A stretch of 44,392 bases of DNA, from IMG/VR virus record IMGVR_UViG_2778261532_000008. The stretch is one strand, 5' to 3'. The position numbers and the translations under genes are program-made. Under the pieces are notes generated by a model. That model made no database searches and had not been told where the DNA came from. It saw nothing but the letters and a program-made list of their open reading frames with translations. This document shows positions 19,267 to 29,759 of the stretch, piece by piece (the stretch's first letter is position 1; each line of letters opens with the position of its first letter). This stretch comes from a virus (Duplodnaviria; Heunggongvirae; Uroviricota; Caudoviricetes).

Positions 19267-22200
19267 ATGGAAAGAAAAAACGCCAACATTGACGATGTTA
19301 TAAGGACAGTTGAAACCGCCAGCGCAAAAGAGCTGGAAGAGCTTGCAGGTATCCGGGAAGCTGTTGAAGATTTGAAAGGGGGACGCGTTGCTACTGTTGA
19401 TCCTGTCTCTCGCAGCGTGTCGGCATTAAATCGCACAATCGAAAATTCACGTCCTGACTTTGTGACCAAAGCGCCATCAGTAGACCCTATTGTTGACGCA
19501 ATGAAACGGCTTAATTTAGGGGACGTTTCTCGTGTAGTTCAGGAAGATGTTGCTCAACAGGAACAGCGGGCCAAATCAACCACACCAAAGGGTAAAAAAC
19601 GACGCAGGAAGGCTATACCAGAGGATGTAAAGGCACAACGGACCGAAGCAGCCGAACACGCTCGCGAAATGTTCGGTCAAAAAGGCGGTGCGCAAAAAAG
19701 CCAAAACCAACGCGATGCGCGTGGTCGTTTTATTGGAAAGTCAGGGAGTAAGGCCGCAGCGGAAGAAGCCCGTGCTGAACGAGCAGAAAAGGCCAGGCGA
19801 AAAGAGGATGATGAGCGTCTAAATGCTGAATCAGGTTTATTAAAAAAATTGTCAAAAGTAGCTGAAGGCATAGGTAACCCTTCAGAGACTCGTGCCGTCG
19901 ATGCGTTAGGTTATGCCGTTGCTGGTCCATTGTGGGCAGCAGGGAAGGAGCTTGGCGGGATATCAAAAGAAGTTGGCGGATCGCTTAATGGTGCCAGAAA
20001 GTCTATTGCCGATGTGATTCGTGGCAATGACGATAACAGCCGTAGAAAAGGTTTTTTTAGGCGTAAATCGCAAAATAGTGCCGATGTCGTTCAGGTTAAC
20101 ACCCAAAAACGGACGGTTCAGGAACTTCAGGATCAGACCAGCGAAATTAAAGAGGGCAATGACAAGATTCTCAGCGCCCTTGATCAGATAGCCAAAAACA
20201 CCGGGAAAAAGAAGGGCGGCTTGCTGTCCAAATTATTTAGCCTGTTAGGGAAGGGGGCCGGTGGTATTGCCTCCCTTATTTTTGGCCGTGGGGCACTAAA
20301 GAAAGTTGGCTCGATGGCACTCGGCGCTTTAGGTATTAAGGGGGTAGGGAAACTAGGGATTAAGGCGGTCGCAAAAGGCGCTTTACGTGCAATTCCGCTA
20401 GTCGGCACGGTGGCTGGAGGTATCTATGATGCGGTAACCGGTTGGAATGATATAGAAGCGCAACGCCGAGCGTTTGGGCTTAAATCAGGACAAGATCCAT
20501 CATTCCAGCAAAAAGCCGCTTATACGTTAGCTAATGTTCTTGATATGGGGGGACTGGTATCTGGTATTAGCAGCGCCATTGGTGAGGTTCTCAAATCACT
20601 TGGATTTGAGGATATCGGCAATATGTTGCAATCATTTTCGACGGAAAGTATTGCCCAGGCCATTGATAGCGGGGTTACCAACTTAGAAACATATATTTCT
20701 AATCTTGGCGACACCATTTCTACCAAGTTCGATGATTATACAGCAAAGATTGGTGATGCTATTTCTGCATGGTTCAGTGACACCACAAAGAATCTGAACG
20801 AAAAATTAGACGCCATCAAAAACTTCTTTACTGTCGATAACCTGAAACAGGTTTTCAGTGATGCAATTGATAGTGCAATTGATTTCATTAAGAATCCTGG
20901 GAAATACATTAAAGAGGCTGGCAGTAATCTATGGAGTGCCGCAAAAGAGCTTTCAGGTGAGGTTGCAGATGCCGCTGTTCAGAGCACCCCTGTGGCCTGG
21001 GTTGCATCAAAGCTAGTCAACAAAGCGGATGCGAAAGAGGTTACACCTGAATTAAAAACACCAGCTAAAGAAAGTCAGGAGGACAATGCTCCTAAGACTG
21101 AATATACCCCTAAAAAGGCTAATATTGTCACTCGTGTTGTAAATGCATCCCTAGATACGGCGAAAGATAGCAATAAAACAGTTAAAGAAACTGCCAATCA
21201 GATTATCAATGCAAATGCCGTAGAAACGGGCAATCGCGCGTTGCAGAAAATTGATAATGCTATTGGTCAAAATAGCTCGTCATCATCCTCGCTTAATACC
21301 ACTGGCACTAGGAATGACATTCAGAAAGCTGCGGATACCTACAATAATGGCAACTTGGATGTAAAAGTCGGAAGTCTTGGCGCTGAAGGTAAGGCAAATC
21401 TCGATAAGTTGGCTCCGTATTTTGCTGAACTAGAGAATAAATATGGCCTTCCTGAAGGTACTCTTTACGCGATCGCTGCAACTGAATCTGGTGGTGATCC
21501 TAACGCAAAATCTACGCTTACAAGATCACCAAATGGAAAGCTAAGTGGTGGCGCTCTCGGAATGTTCCAGTTTACGAGCGTTGCTCGTGAGGAAACTGGA
21601 TTATCCCGGGAAGATTCTTTTAATCCGGAAAAATCGGCAGAAGCTGCGGCTCTTCTCATGAGCAAGTATCTGAAGCAAGCCAATGGAGACTTAAACGAGG
21701 CCATCACTGCATATAACGCTGGGTTTGGCACTATCAATAAGTGGAAAAAAGGCACAGGTGACTTATCGAAAGAAAACCGTGAGTACGCGATCAAGGTCAA
21801 TACTCATCGTGCTCGCTATTTAGGTGGTGAAATCTATACACCTGGAGCAGGAGCACAGGGTGGGGCGCAATATGGAGTGAGGGGACCACTGCCTGATAAC
21901 GCTGTTATCGATCAGTCTACTGGCTTGGCGTTTACCCCTGGTGATAGCCCGTTTGAGAAAGGCGGTCTGGTAGACAAAATCGGCAATGCTGTTGGCGTTA
22001 ACGATCTGGTCAACAAATTCATGAATGGCCGGGGTATGCGTCGGGAAGTCGTTCAGGGAACGCTCGAAGAACGTGCACGAGGGAAGGGGACCGCAACAGC
22101 AGCTGGCAATGTGTATGTTGATACCCCGATGCCAGTTGAAGAGGCGCGTCCGGTGGCCAACAACTCAAGTTACTTTGACCAGCTCGGCGCACAAATGGGG

Positions 22201-22599
22201 ATTGATGGACTATTCGATAAACTCCGCAACTCGCCGGGGATGCGGAAAAATAATGAGCCTGAACCAGCCTCCACGTCCCAGGTGACGACTGCCGCCAACG
22301 ATTTGCAGCAACCAACCGGTCGTATGCAGATAGACGGACAGGTTATTAGTGACCTTGGCGGCTCCGGTGCCAAGCCGACAATGCAGTTGGCTGATAATAC
22401 CGTTTCACTTGATGGTGAAACGAAGCGGCTGTTTGCGCAGATGACCTCATTGCTTGCCAGGATTGAAGAGCACACCAAAGACTCGGCGAAAGGCCAGGGA
22501 ACTGTCGTAAAGGTCAGCACGCCTCAGCCGGGCGTTATGCGCACGGTACCACTGTCAATTGATGATCCGTTGATGAATGACTACGCGAGAGTTGATTGA
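19267..22599 (+). CDS. sit: tape-measure-like structural protein with C-terminal lytic transglycosylase (SLT) domain, P1 Sit-like
   Basis: 1110-aa ORF; Gly-rich hydrophobic segment (GGIASLIFGRGALKKVGSMALGALGIKGVG); SLT-type motifs AATESGG...GMFQF...AYNAG at ~21470-21730. Confidence 0.8.
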   Translation: MERKNANIDDVIRTVETASAKELEELAGIREAVEDLKGGRVATVDPVSRSVSALNRTIENSRPDFVTKAPSVDPIVDAMKRLNLGDVSRVVQEDVAQQEQRAKSTTPKGKKRRRKAIPEDVKAQRTEAAEHAREMFGQKGGAQKSQNQRDARGRFIGKSGSKAAAEEARAERAEKARRKEDDERLNAESGLLKKLSKVAEGIGNPSETRAVDALGYAVAGPLWAAGKELGGISKEVGGSLNGARKSIADVIRGNDDNSRRKGFFRRKSQNSADVVQVNTQKRTVQELQDQTSEIKEGNDKILSALDQIAKNTGKKKGGLLSKLFSLLGKGAGGIASLIFGRGALKKVGSMALGALGIKGVGKLGIKAVAKGALRAIPLVGTVAGGIYDAVTGWNDIEAQRRAFGLKSGQDPSFQQKAAYTLANVLDMGGLVSGISSAIGEVLKSLGFEDIGNMLQSFSTESIAQAIDSGVTNLETYISNLGDTISTKFDDYTAKIGDAISAWFSDTTKNLNEKLDAIKNFFTVDNLKQVFSDAIDSAIDFIKNPGKYIKEAGSNLWSAAKELSGEVADAAVQSTPVAWVASKLVNKADAKEVTPELKTPAKESQEDNAPKTEYTPKKANIVTRVVNASLDTAKDSNKTVKETANQIINANAVETGNRALQKIDNAIGQNSSSSSSLNTTGTRNDIQKAADTYNNGNLDVKVGSLGAEGKANLDKLAPYFAELENKYGLPEGTLYAIAATESGGDPNAKSTLTRSPNGKLSGGALGMFQFTSVAREETGLSREDSFNPEKSAEAAALLMSKYLKQANGDLNEAITAYNAGFGTINKWKKGTGDLSKENREYAIKVNTHRARYLGGEIYTPGAGAQGGAQYGVRGPLPDNAVIDQSTGLAFTPGDSPFEKGGLVDKIGNAVGVNDLVNKFMNGRGMRREVVQGTLEERARGKGTATAAGNVYVDTPMPVEEARPVANNSSYFDQLGAQMGIDGLFDKLRNSPGMRKNNEPEPASTSQVTTAANDLQQPTGRMQIDGQVISDLGGSGAKPTMQLADNTVSLDGETKRLFAQMTSLLARIEEHTKDSAKGQGTVVKVSTPQPGVMRTVPLSIDDPLMNDYARVD

Positions 22600-22955
22600 T
22601 GGCCAATAATAACGAAATTGATCCTTTGCTGACGCTGGAGTTATCCGGCGTAAAAACGTATGAGTCCCAGGAGGAGGCCTGGGGCGCTCGTTTATATGAG
22701 TGGCTAAACACTTATCAGGGTGAGGTATACGGGGATCCGTCATGGGGCAATGTTTTACCGCAGTTTAAACACGAACCGACCAACTTGTCGCATGTTCAAA
22801 TTGCGGTTGAGGCAATGCTGTTGCAAAAACTGACGGTAGATTTACCTGACATACCGATTTCTGGCTTGTCAGTAGCCGAGGGAGATGCTTTTGATAAGTT
22901 GAAAATATCCATTCGTATCAGGGATATAACTATCACACAGGACGTGGTGCTATGA
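22596..22955 (+). CDS. baseplate protein, gp25/W-like (P1 pmgA position)
   Basis: 119-aa ORF overlapping sit stop; size and position typical of the gp25-like baseplate wedge subunit. Confidence 0.5.
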   Translation: MMANNNEIDPLLTLELSGVKTYESQEEAWGARLYEWLNTYQGEVYGDPSWGNVLPQFKHEPTNLSHVQIAVEAMLLQKLTVDLPDIPISGLSVAEGDAFDKLKISIRIRDITITQDVVL

Positions 22956-24385
22956 GTAAAACAACACCGACTAAAGACAGTATTCGTGCAGAGTTTGAAG
23001 AGCTTGTCGAGAAAGATTCATTCTGGTCGAAGTTTGTCGGCTCTCAATTTGTCTCGATGCTGACATTGTTTATTACCCAGATTGTCTACAGGTGCTTTCA
23101 GTATGCCGATGCGGCGCTGGCTGAAGGCTTTATATCGACCGCGACGCGGCGTTCCTCTATCCTGGCAGCGGCAGAAACGAATAGTTACGTTGGTACCAAG
23201 CCAACACCGTCATCGGGGATGATTGAGATCACCGCCACAAGTGAAGATGCCCCAGCGGTAATCCCCAAAAACATGCCTTTAATATCTGACGACCAGTACC
23301 CTTACATGACTATGGATGTATGCAGGTTGGTTGACGGCACCGGTACGGTAGAAGTGGCACAGTTGGAAATCCAGGAGGTGACATATACCGTTACGGCAGC
23401 CAAAGAATTTCTGGAAGTCGTGTTATCAAAGGCTCTCACTGCTGTCTGCTATAAGCTGGAAGTATTCGTGACGACCGATGGTAAGACCACACAGTGGTCT
23501 TCCAGCACTATGTTCCGGTTAGCCGGTAGTAAAAGCCAGGTCTACGTTGAGTTTTATAAACCATCCGAGCAGTTGGGGGTTCGATTCGGTGATGGGCTAA
23601 TTGGGCAAATACCGCCAGAAGGCTCGACCATTACACTTAAGGTATGGTGCACCAACGGAGATATAACCTTGGTTGCTGGCCAAAATCTGACGCCTGTCGA
23701 TTCTGCTGCTAATTTAGCTAATTTGATTTCAGTTAAGACAACGACACCCATAACCGCAGGTACCGATGCCGAAACAACGGAGATCACACGTAATCGTGCA
23801 CAATATTACCTTGCCTATGATGATCAGGTCGTATGGGGCGGGGACTATACGTATTTTCTGGTGCGTAACATCCCGGGACTGTCCTGGATAAAGGCATGGG
23901 GCGAAGGCCAGCAAGAGAAATTAGATGGTGCTTATAATGTTCGGAATATCAATAAGATATTTATTTCAGGATGGCATCCAAACAAAAGCCAGTCAGAGCT
24001 TGAAGAAATGATCCTGGCTGCCTTTAAGAAGGTGCCGAATGAGTTGAACAAGAAATTCTCGTATAAAGAGGTCAGAAAACTACCCTTTAAGATCACCATC
24101 ACCGGGCGGATATCGGCAAGCCTGACCATTGAGAACGTGACTGATGAGCTGAAGTCGGCACTGGAAACAAAATTTGGGCGCGACTCAACTTTCTTTGATC
24201 CGAACCGCGTCGGAAAGTACATCCTGATTAAGAAAAAAGACGTTTGGGCGTTTATCGAAACGCTGGGTTATTTCCGCGACTTTTATCTGGAATTTGTCGA
24301 GTGGAATGAGTCCAACGGCTTTTACGATTTCGTTTATCTGGATACAGAAAGCTCCACCTTTAATATTTCGTATGAGGAGGAGTGA
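22952..24385 (+). CDS. baseplate protein (J/gp6-like; P1 bplA position)
   Basis: 477-aa ORF overlapping the previous stop; synteny. Confidence 0.5.
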   Translation: MSKTTPTKDSIRAEFEELVEKDSFWSKFVGSQFVSMLTLFITQIVYRCFQYADAALAEGFISTATRRSSILAAAETNSYVGTKPTPSSGMIEITATSEDAPAVIPKNMPLISDDQYPYMTMDVCRLVDGTGTVEVAQLEIQEVTYTVTAAKEFLEVVLSKALTAVCYKLEVFVTTDGKTTQWSSSTMFRLAGSKSQVYVEFYKPSEQLGVRFGDGLIGQIPPEGSTITLKVWCTNGDITLVAGQNLTPVDSAANLANLISVKTTTPITAGTDAETTEITRNRAQYYLAYDDQVVWGGDYTYFLVRNIPGLSWIKAWGEGQQEKLDGAYNVRNINKIFISGWHPNKSQSELEEMILAAFKKVPNELNKKFSYKEVRKLPFKITITGRISASLTIENVTDELKSALETKFGRDSTFFDPNRVGKYILIKKKDVWAFIETLGYFRDFYLEFVEWNESNGFYDFVYLDTESSTFNISYEEE

Positions 24386-25221
24386 TGCAGCGTTCCTGGT
24401 TTAATAACCGGCTTACATCAGCTAAGCAAAAGTCATTGCTCTATAAATCATTGGCTGATTTGGTTCAGTCAATGATGGACACCTTTGTTGACCCATGGTT
24501 GGAGCGAATTACCAACCGGAAGTCTATTTTCTCCATGAGCAAGGAGGATCTGGAGACCAGGACAAATGAACTTGGCCAGTTCTTTACTATCAGAACCTCG
24601 AACTCATCTTCCGTTCCGATGTTGTTACAACAGCGGCTTGATGAGATCCACTTTAAGGGAACTGAACGCCCTATAAACCAGACAATTTACCGCGAATTTA
24701 ACGGTATTTCTGTTTTATGGGATCCGATATATGCACCGGTGGACCTTGAGCGTCATCCCTATGGCACGGTTCTAATACCAGAAAGCACACTGGAGACTAC
24801 CGGCGGCACATTCGGCGAGATGTTTCTGACTTCCAGAGGGATGATCAGTATTCCCATAAACGACTTGGCCCGGACAATGGGGATTACTGGCACGATAGAT
24901 CAGTCCGCAATTACAGAAGAAATTCTCAGAAAGTTTAATCAGTTCGTAAAGCCTCTACTGCCACTGCATATAGTGTTTGATGGGCTTACGCTCTATTTGT
25001 CGGTTGTTGTAAATGAACAGGCCGACATGATCACTTTGAACGAGATTTCTGATACCGAAAAAGCGTACTGCTGGTTTGAAACTTCGGATACAACTTCGCT
25101 TACTGGAGTTACGTCGATTAGCGCTCCGATCACTGCAACGCCGGGCGGCACTATTGTGAAAGCAACGCCTACGTTTGATCGCACCCGCGCAGATGATTTG
25201 CTGCTGGATAGCGATGCCTGA
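24382..25221 (+). CDS. baseplate protein (P1 gene 16 position)
   Basis: 279-aa ORF overlapping the previous stop; followed by a GC-rich hairpin. Confidence 0.45.
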   Translation: MMQRSWFNNRLTSAKQKSLLYKSLADLVQSMMDTFVDPWLERITNRKSIFSMSKEDLETRTNELGQFFTIRTSNSSSVPMLLQQRLDEIHFKGTERPINQTIYREFNGISVLWDPIYAPVDLERHPYGTVLIPESTLETTGGTFGEMFLTSRGMISIPINDLARTMGITGTIDQSAITEEILRKFNQFVKPLLPLHIVFDGLTLYLSVVVNEQADMITLNEISDTEKAYCWFETSDTTSLTGVTSISAPITATPGGTIVKATPTFDRTRADDLLLDSDA

Positions 25222-25248
25222 CAATCACCCCGTCCGTAGGGCGGGGTG

Positions 25249-25269
25249 ACAAGTTACTTCTCTTACAAT
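25249..25269 (+). promoter_or_regulatory. late-promoter-like element ACAAGTTACTT-N4-TACAAT upstream of the R and S genes
   Basis: Motif family member. Confidence 0.35.
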
Positions 25270-25299
25270 GAGGCTTCACAACATTGATTAGGGAAAATC

Positions 25300-25734
25300 A
25301 TGTCTGACGTCTCAACAAACCTCTATAAGAGTCAGTTGTTGGACTATTACTATCAGCGGCGCGCTGAATCGTCCATTAACAAAGGCTCTCGATTTTTAAT
25401 CAGCAAGGCCGTTTTCGGTACCAGTTCGCTGGTTACCAAGAAAGGAGATGGCACTTATGAGATTGGAGAACTGCCAAAGGCTTTCGATCTGGCAGAACTG
25501 ACCAGTCAATTTTGCACCATCAACCTCGTGCCAACCTACTCAGGTGGGATAATTACTGTCCGAATGGACCTTGATCAAAGCCAGTTGCAGGAAGGGAAAA
25601 ACTACCCATTCAACACTCTGGTTGTTCTGGATAACGAGAACAAGCCAATCGCCATTATTTGTGTCCAGGAAGACTCGCTGTATGTGGGCAAAACATATAC
25701 CGCAGTTATGGCCATAAACACGACTACAGCATAA
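25300..25734 (+). CDS. tail fibre-associated protein (P1 R position)
   Basis: 144-aa ORF immediately upstream of tail fibre gene. Confidence 0.5.
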   Translation: MSDVSTNLYKSQLLDYYYQRRAESSINKGSRFLISKAVFGTSSLVTKKGDGTYEIGELPKAFDLAELTSQFCTINLVPTYSGGIITVRMDLDQSQLQEGKNYPFNTLVVLDNENKPIAIICVQEDSLYVGKTYTAVMAINTTTA

Positions 25735-25745
25735 GGATATGCTTG

Positions 25746-28664
25746 ATGAATGACGTTACAGTTGTCACATCGGTTACTTACCCATCACCCGAGTCGTTGG
25801 CTCTGGTGGCTGATGTGCAATACCACGAACCATATCTGTCAGCCGCGCTAAACCGAAAATTCAGGGGGATTGTTGACCCGGGATTTTATGCCGGTTTCTT
25901 ACCTAAGCCTGGCGGTGGGATGAACCTGTTAATCACCTCAGTGGATGGTGATAAAACCGCAGGCGCGGCGTCGGTGGATATTGGTGAATTCTACCAGGTA
26001 ACTATTCAGCAACGTAAGGATATTTCTCTTGCACTTAGTGCAGGCAAGAAATATGCAATTGTGCTGAAGGGAAGATACCTCCTTGGAGAAGATACCTATC
26101 AGGTGAATACCGCGTCACATATTCATGCGGCTGAATTTGTTGCCAGAACCTATACCGATTCATATCAGTTAGGAGATGGGGAGCTGCTTGTTTGTACGGT
26201 GAATATCCCTGCTGGTGTATCTGCCATTACCCAAGAGATGATTGATACATCCGAGCGTATCAACCGCACGATCGGCATTGATATTTCAGACTCTGTAACC
26301 AGTAGCAGAAGTGATGTTGCTGCAAGTTCGCTGGCAGTTAAAAAAGCTTACGATCTGGCGAAAAGTAAGTATACGGCGCAGGATGCAAGCACAACGCAAA
26401 AGGGATTAGTTCAGCTCAGTAGCGAAACTAACAGCGACAGCGAAACAATGGCGGCTACCCCTAAAGCCGTTAAGTCTGTAAAAGATCTTGCTGATACCAA
26501 AGCGCCAATAGAAAGCCCGAGTCTGACAGGAACGCCAACCGCGCCGACGGCAGCGCAAGGTACAAATAGCACGCAGATCGCAAATACAGCCTTTGTTAAG
26601 GCAGCTATAACGGCACTTATCAACGGTGCACCTGGCACACTGGATACGCTTAAAGAAATAGCTGCTGCGATCAATAACGACCCGAATTTCAGCACAACTA
26701 TCAACAATGCTCTGGCTCTTAAAGCTCCTTTAGCAAGTCCTGCATTAACGGGAATACCTACTGCGCCTACCGCTGCACAGGGTACGAATAACACGCAGAT
26801 TGCTACGACCGCTTATGTAAGAGCTGCCATATCCGCATTGGTTGGTTCATCACCAGAAGCTCTTGATACCCTGAATGAGCTTGCCGCAGCACTTGGTAAT
26901 GACCCGAACTTTGCGACAACAATGACAAATGCGCTGGCAGGCAAACAGCCTCTGGATGCAACTTTAACCGCGCTCGCTGGCCTTGCGACTGGTGCAAACA
27001 AACTGCCTTATTTCACCGGTAAGGATACGGTAGCGCAGACTGATTTAACGTCAGTCGGTCGCGATATTCTGGCTAAAACAAGCACACTGGCCGTTATCCA
27101 ATACCTTGGTTTAAGAGAACTCGGTACCAGCGGTGAAAAGATCCCCCTGTTGAGCACGGCTAACACATGGAGTGCACGCCAGACTTTCAACGGCGGGATC
27201 ACCGGGGCGCTGACAGGGAACGCCGATACCGCAACAAAATTGAAAACAGCCAGAAACATTAATGGCGTCAGGTTCGATGGTTCTGGTGACATTAATATCA
27301 ATACTCTGGTATCGCGCGGTCGCGTAACGGCCCTGGAGGCGAATGCACAGGGAACATCCGGGATTCAGCTGTATGAGGCATACAACAATGGCTACCCTTC
27401 CCCCTATGGCAATGTGCTTCACCTTAAAGGTGCCACCGCTGCTGGCGAAGGTGAGTTATTCATTGGCTGGAGTGGCACGAGCGGTGCCCATGCGCCCGTA
27501 CATATCCGTTCGCGGCGGGATACTGATTCTGCCAACTGGTCTGAATGGGCGCAGGTCTATACGTCAAAAGATTCAATTCCCGGCGTCAATGCCAAAGGGG
27601 ATCAGGATACCTCTGGTAATGCGGCTACAGCGACCAAGTTGCAGACAGCATGTACTATCAACGGTGTCTCGTTTGATGGTTCTAAAAATATTGAGCTAAC
27701 GGCTGAAAATTTAAATCTTGAGCGAACAGTAGAATTAGCCGCTGGGTCATTGCAGAAAAATCAGAACGGCGCGGATATTCCTGGAAAAGATACCTTCACT
27801 AAAAATATTGGTGCATGTCGCGCTTTTCACAGTTCTATTAGTACAGGTGCAGGGAACTGGACAACGGCACAATTGATTGAATGGCTGGATTCTCAAGGGG
27901 CATTCAATCACCCATACTGGATGTGCAAATGTTCATGGTCGTACGGCAATAATAAAATTATAACCGATACTGGCTGTGGAACTATTCATCTTGCAGGTTG
28001 CGTTATTGAGGTTATGGGTAATAAAGGTGCCATGACCATCCGTGTAACAACACCAAGCACTTCCAGCGGTGGCGGAATCACTAATGCTCAATTCACTTAT
28101 ATTAATCATGGTGATGCTTACGCTCCTGGCTGGCGACGAGACTACAACACGAAAAACCAGCAGCCTGCATTTGCTTTAGGGCAAACAGGACGCAGGGTCG
28201 CAAATGATAAAGCTGTTGGCTGGAACTGGAATAGCGGCGTTTATGATGCAGATATCAGTGGCGCATCGACATTAATCCTCCACTTTAATATGAATGCGGG
28301 GAGTTGCCCTGCTGTACAGTTCCGCGTGAATTACAGAAATGGCGGTATCTTTTATCGTTCAGCGCGTGATGGTTATGGCTTTGAAGCTAACTGGTCAGAG
28401 TTTTACACCACAACACGCAAACCCTCTGCGGGAGATGTTGGTGCATATACGCAGGCAGAATGTAACTCAAGGTTTATTACAGGTATTCGCCTTGGCGGTC
28501 TGTCATCTGTTCAGACATGGAATGGTCCTGGCTGGTCTGACAGGTCAGGTTATGTCGTTACTGGTTCAGTTAACGGAAACCGTGATGAATTAATTGATAC
28601 AACTCAGGCAAGGCCAATTCAGTATTGCATTAATGGAATGTGGTATAACGCGGGGAGTATTTAA
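25746..28664 (+). CDS. S: tail fibre protein S (constant part Sc plus currently joined variable part Sv)
   Basis: Repeated fibre motifs SP(S/A)LTGxPTAPTAAQGTNxTQIA(N/T)TA(F/Y)V; C-terminal portion lies inside the invertible segment; ATG 25746 has AAGGA Shine-Dalgarno. Confidence 0.85.
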   Translation: MNDVTVVTSVTYPSPESLALVADVQYHEPYLSAALNRKFRGIVDPGFYAGFLPKPGGGMNLLITSVDGDKTAGAASVDIGEFYQVTIQQRKDISLALSAGKKYAIVLKGRYLLGEDTYQVNTASHIHAAEFVARTYTDSYQLGDGELLVCTVNIPAGVSAITQEMIDTSERINRTIGIDISDSVTSSRSDVAASSLAVKKAYDLAKSKYTAQDASTTQKGLVQLSSETNSDSETMAATPKAVKSVKDLADTKAPIESPSLTGTPTAPTAAQGTNSTQIANTAFVKAAITALINGAPGTLDTLKEIAAAINNDPNFSTTINNALALKAPLASPALTGIPTAPTAAQGTNNTQIATTAYVRAAISALVGSSPEALDTLNELAAALGNDPNFATTMTNALAGKQPLDATLTALAGLATGANKLPYFTGKDTVAQTDLTSVGRDILAKTSTLAVIQYLGLRELGTSGEKIPLLSTANTWSARQTFNGGITGALTGNADTATKLKTARNINGVRFDGSGDININTLVSRGRVTALEANAQGTSGIQLYEAYNNGYPSPYGNVLHLKGATAAGEGELFIGWSGTSGAHAPVHIRSRRDTDSANWSEWAQVYTSKDSIPGVNAKGDQDTSGNAATATKLQTACTINGVSFDGSKNIELTAENLNLERTVELAAGSLQKNQNGADIPGKDTFTKNIGACRAFHSSISTGAGNWTTAQLIEWLDSQGAFNHPYWMCKCSWSYGNNKIITDTGCGTIHLAGCVIEVMGNKGAMTIRVTTPSTSSGGGITNAQFTYINHGDAYAPGWRRDYNTKNQQPAFALGQTGRRVANDKAVGWNWNSGVYDADISGASTLILHFNMNAGSCPAVQFRVNYRNGGIFYRSARDGYGFEANWSEFYTTTRKPSAGDVGAYTQAECNSRFITGIRLGGLSSVQTWNGPGWSDRSGYVVTGSVNGNRDELIDTTQARPIQYCINGMWYNAGSI
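27097..27122. promoter_or_regulatory. cix-like crossover site (left) for Cin invertase
   Basis: CCAATACCTTGGTTTAAGAGAA, near-palindromic around a central AA/TT; resembles hix/gix/cix 26-bp sites. Confidence 0.6.
27103..27252. repeat. left inverted repeat of the invertible C-segment (~150 bp, ~90% identical to 30941-31090)
   Basis: Direct comparison of the two stretches after reverse-complementing; encodes STANTWSARQTFNGGITGALTGNADTATKLKTAR in both S and Sv'. Confidence 0.8.
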
Positions 28665-28666
28665 TT

Positions 28667-29200
28667 ATGATGCACTTAAAAAATATTACTGCTGGCAACC
28701 CTAAAACAAAAGAGCAATACCAGCTAACGAAACGATTTAACATCAAATGGCTTTATACAGAGGATGGGAAGAACTGGTATGAGGAACAAAAGAACTTTCA
28801 GCCTGATACGTTGAAAATGGTCTATGACCACAACGACGTTATTATTTGTATTGAAAAGGATGTTTCAGCAATTAATCCAGAAGGCGCAAGCGTCGTTGAG
28901 GTTCCTGATATTACAGCAAATCGCCGGGCTGATATTTCGGGTAAATGGATGTTCAAAGATGGCGTAGTGATAAAGCGAACTTATACCGAGGAGGAACAGA
29001 GGCAGCAGGCAGAGAATGAAAAGCAAAGCCTGTTGCAACTTGTCAGGGATAAAACCCAGCTATGGGACTCACAGCTACGGCTGGGCATCATTTCCGACGA
29101 GAATAAACAAAAATTAACCGAGTGGATGCTCTATGCGCAGAAAGTCGAATCTACAGACACCTCCAGCCTGCCAGTAACGTTTCCAGAACAACCAGAATGA
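28667..29200 (+). CDS. U: tail fibre assembly chaperone U
   Basis: 177-aa ORF directly after S; N-terminal ~120 residues homologous to the convergent U' ORF. Confidence 0.8.
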   Translation: MMHLKNITAGNPKTKEQYQLTKRFNIKWLYTEDGKNWYEEQKNFQPDTLKMVYDHNDVIICIEKDVSAINPEGASVVEVPDITANRRADISGKWMFKDGVVIKRTYTEEEQRQQAENEKQSLLQLVRDKTQLWDSQLRLGIISDENKQKLTEWMLYAQKVESTDTSSLPVTFPEQPE

Positions 29201-29203
29201 AAC

Positions 29204-29228
29204 AAGGCCCGCTATCGGGCCTTAATTT
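29204..29228. terminator. bidirectional terminator between convergent U and U'
   Basis: AAGGCCCG-CTAT-CGGGCCTT hairpin flanked by A/T runs on both sides. Confidence 0.6.
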
Positions 29229-29759
29229 TTATTCAGGCTTTTGTGGCCATTCGGGCTTTGCCGTATCCACGCGGCTGACCAGAACGCTGTAGCGTTCCCA
29301 TGACTCCAGTCGTGTGCGCTCCTCGTCTGTTGCCATATTCAGCCTGACAGCGCGTTCCAGCGGCTGGATGACTGATTCAGCTTCGGAAAGCAATGCGGCC
29401 TTTTGTGATTCGGCCTGTTGTTGCTGTTCGTCTGCCGTATAAATCCGTTTAACCACAGCTCCATCCTTAAACATCCACTTCCCGGAGTCATCAGCACGTC
29501 GGTTGGCAGTAATATCGGGAACCTCAACGACGCTAAAACCTTCAGGGTTAAGCGTGGATGCATCTTTAGTGATGGCGACAATAATATTATTTTCATCGTA
29601 AACAATCTTTATTGTGTCTGGTTGAAAGTTTTTCACTTCCTCATACCAGTTTTTATCGTCTTCGGACCATAACCAGATAACATCAAAATTCTTTGTTAGC
29701 TGATATTGTTCTTTCGTTTTAGGATTTCCAGACTTAATATTTTTTAAATGCTGCATCAT
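29229..29759 (-). CDS. alternative tail fibre assembly chaperone U'
   Basis: 176-aa ORF, paralogue of U. Confidence 0.8.
   Translation of the reverse strand: MMQHLKNIKSGNPKTKEQYQLTKNFDVIWLWSEDDKNWYEEVKNFQPDTIKIVYDENNIIVAITKDASTLNPEGFSVVEVPDITANRRADDSGKWMFKDGAVVKRIYTADEQQQQAESQKAALLSEAESVIQPLERAVRLNMATDEERTRLESWERYSVLVSRVDTAKPEWPQKPE

Noticed and set aside
26411-27422. Minus-strand ORFs of 62-127 aa inside the tail fibre gene
   Set aside because: Antisense to the Ala/Gly/Thr-rich fibre repeats, which generate long open frames on the opposite strand; low-complexity translations.
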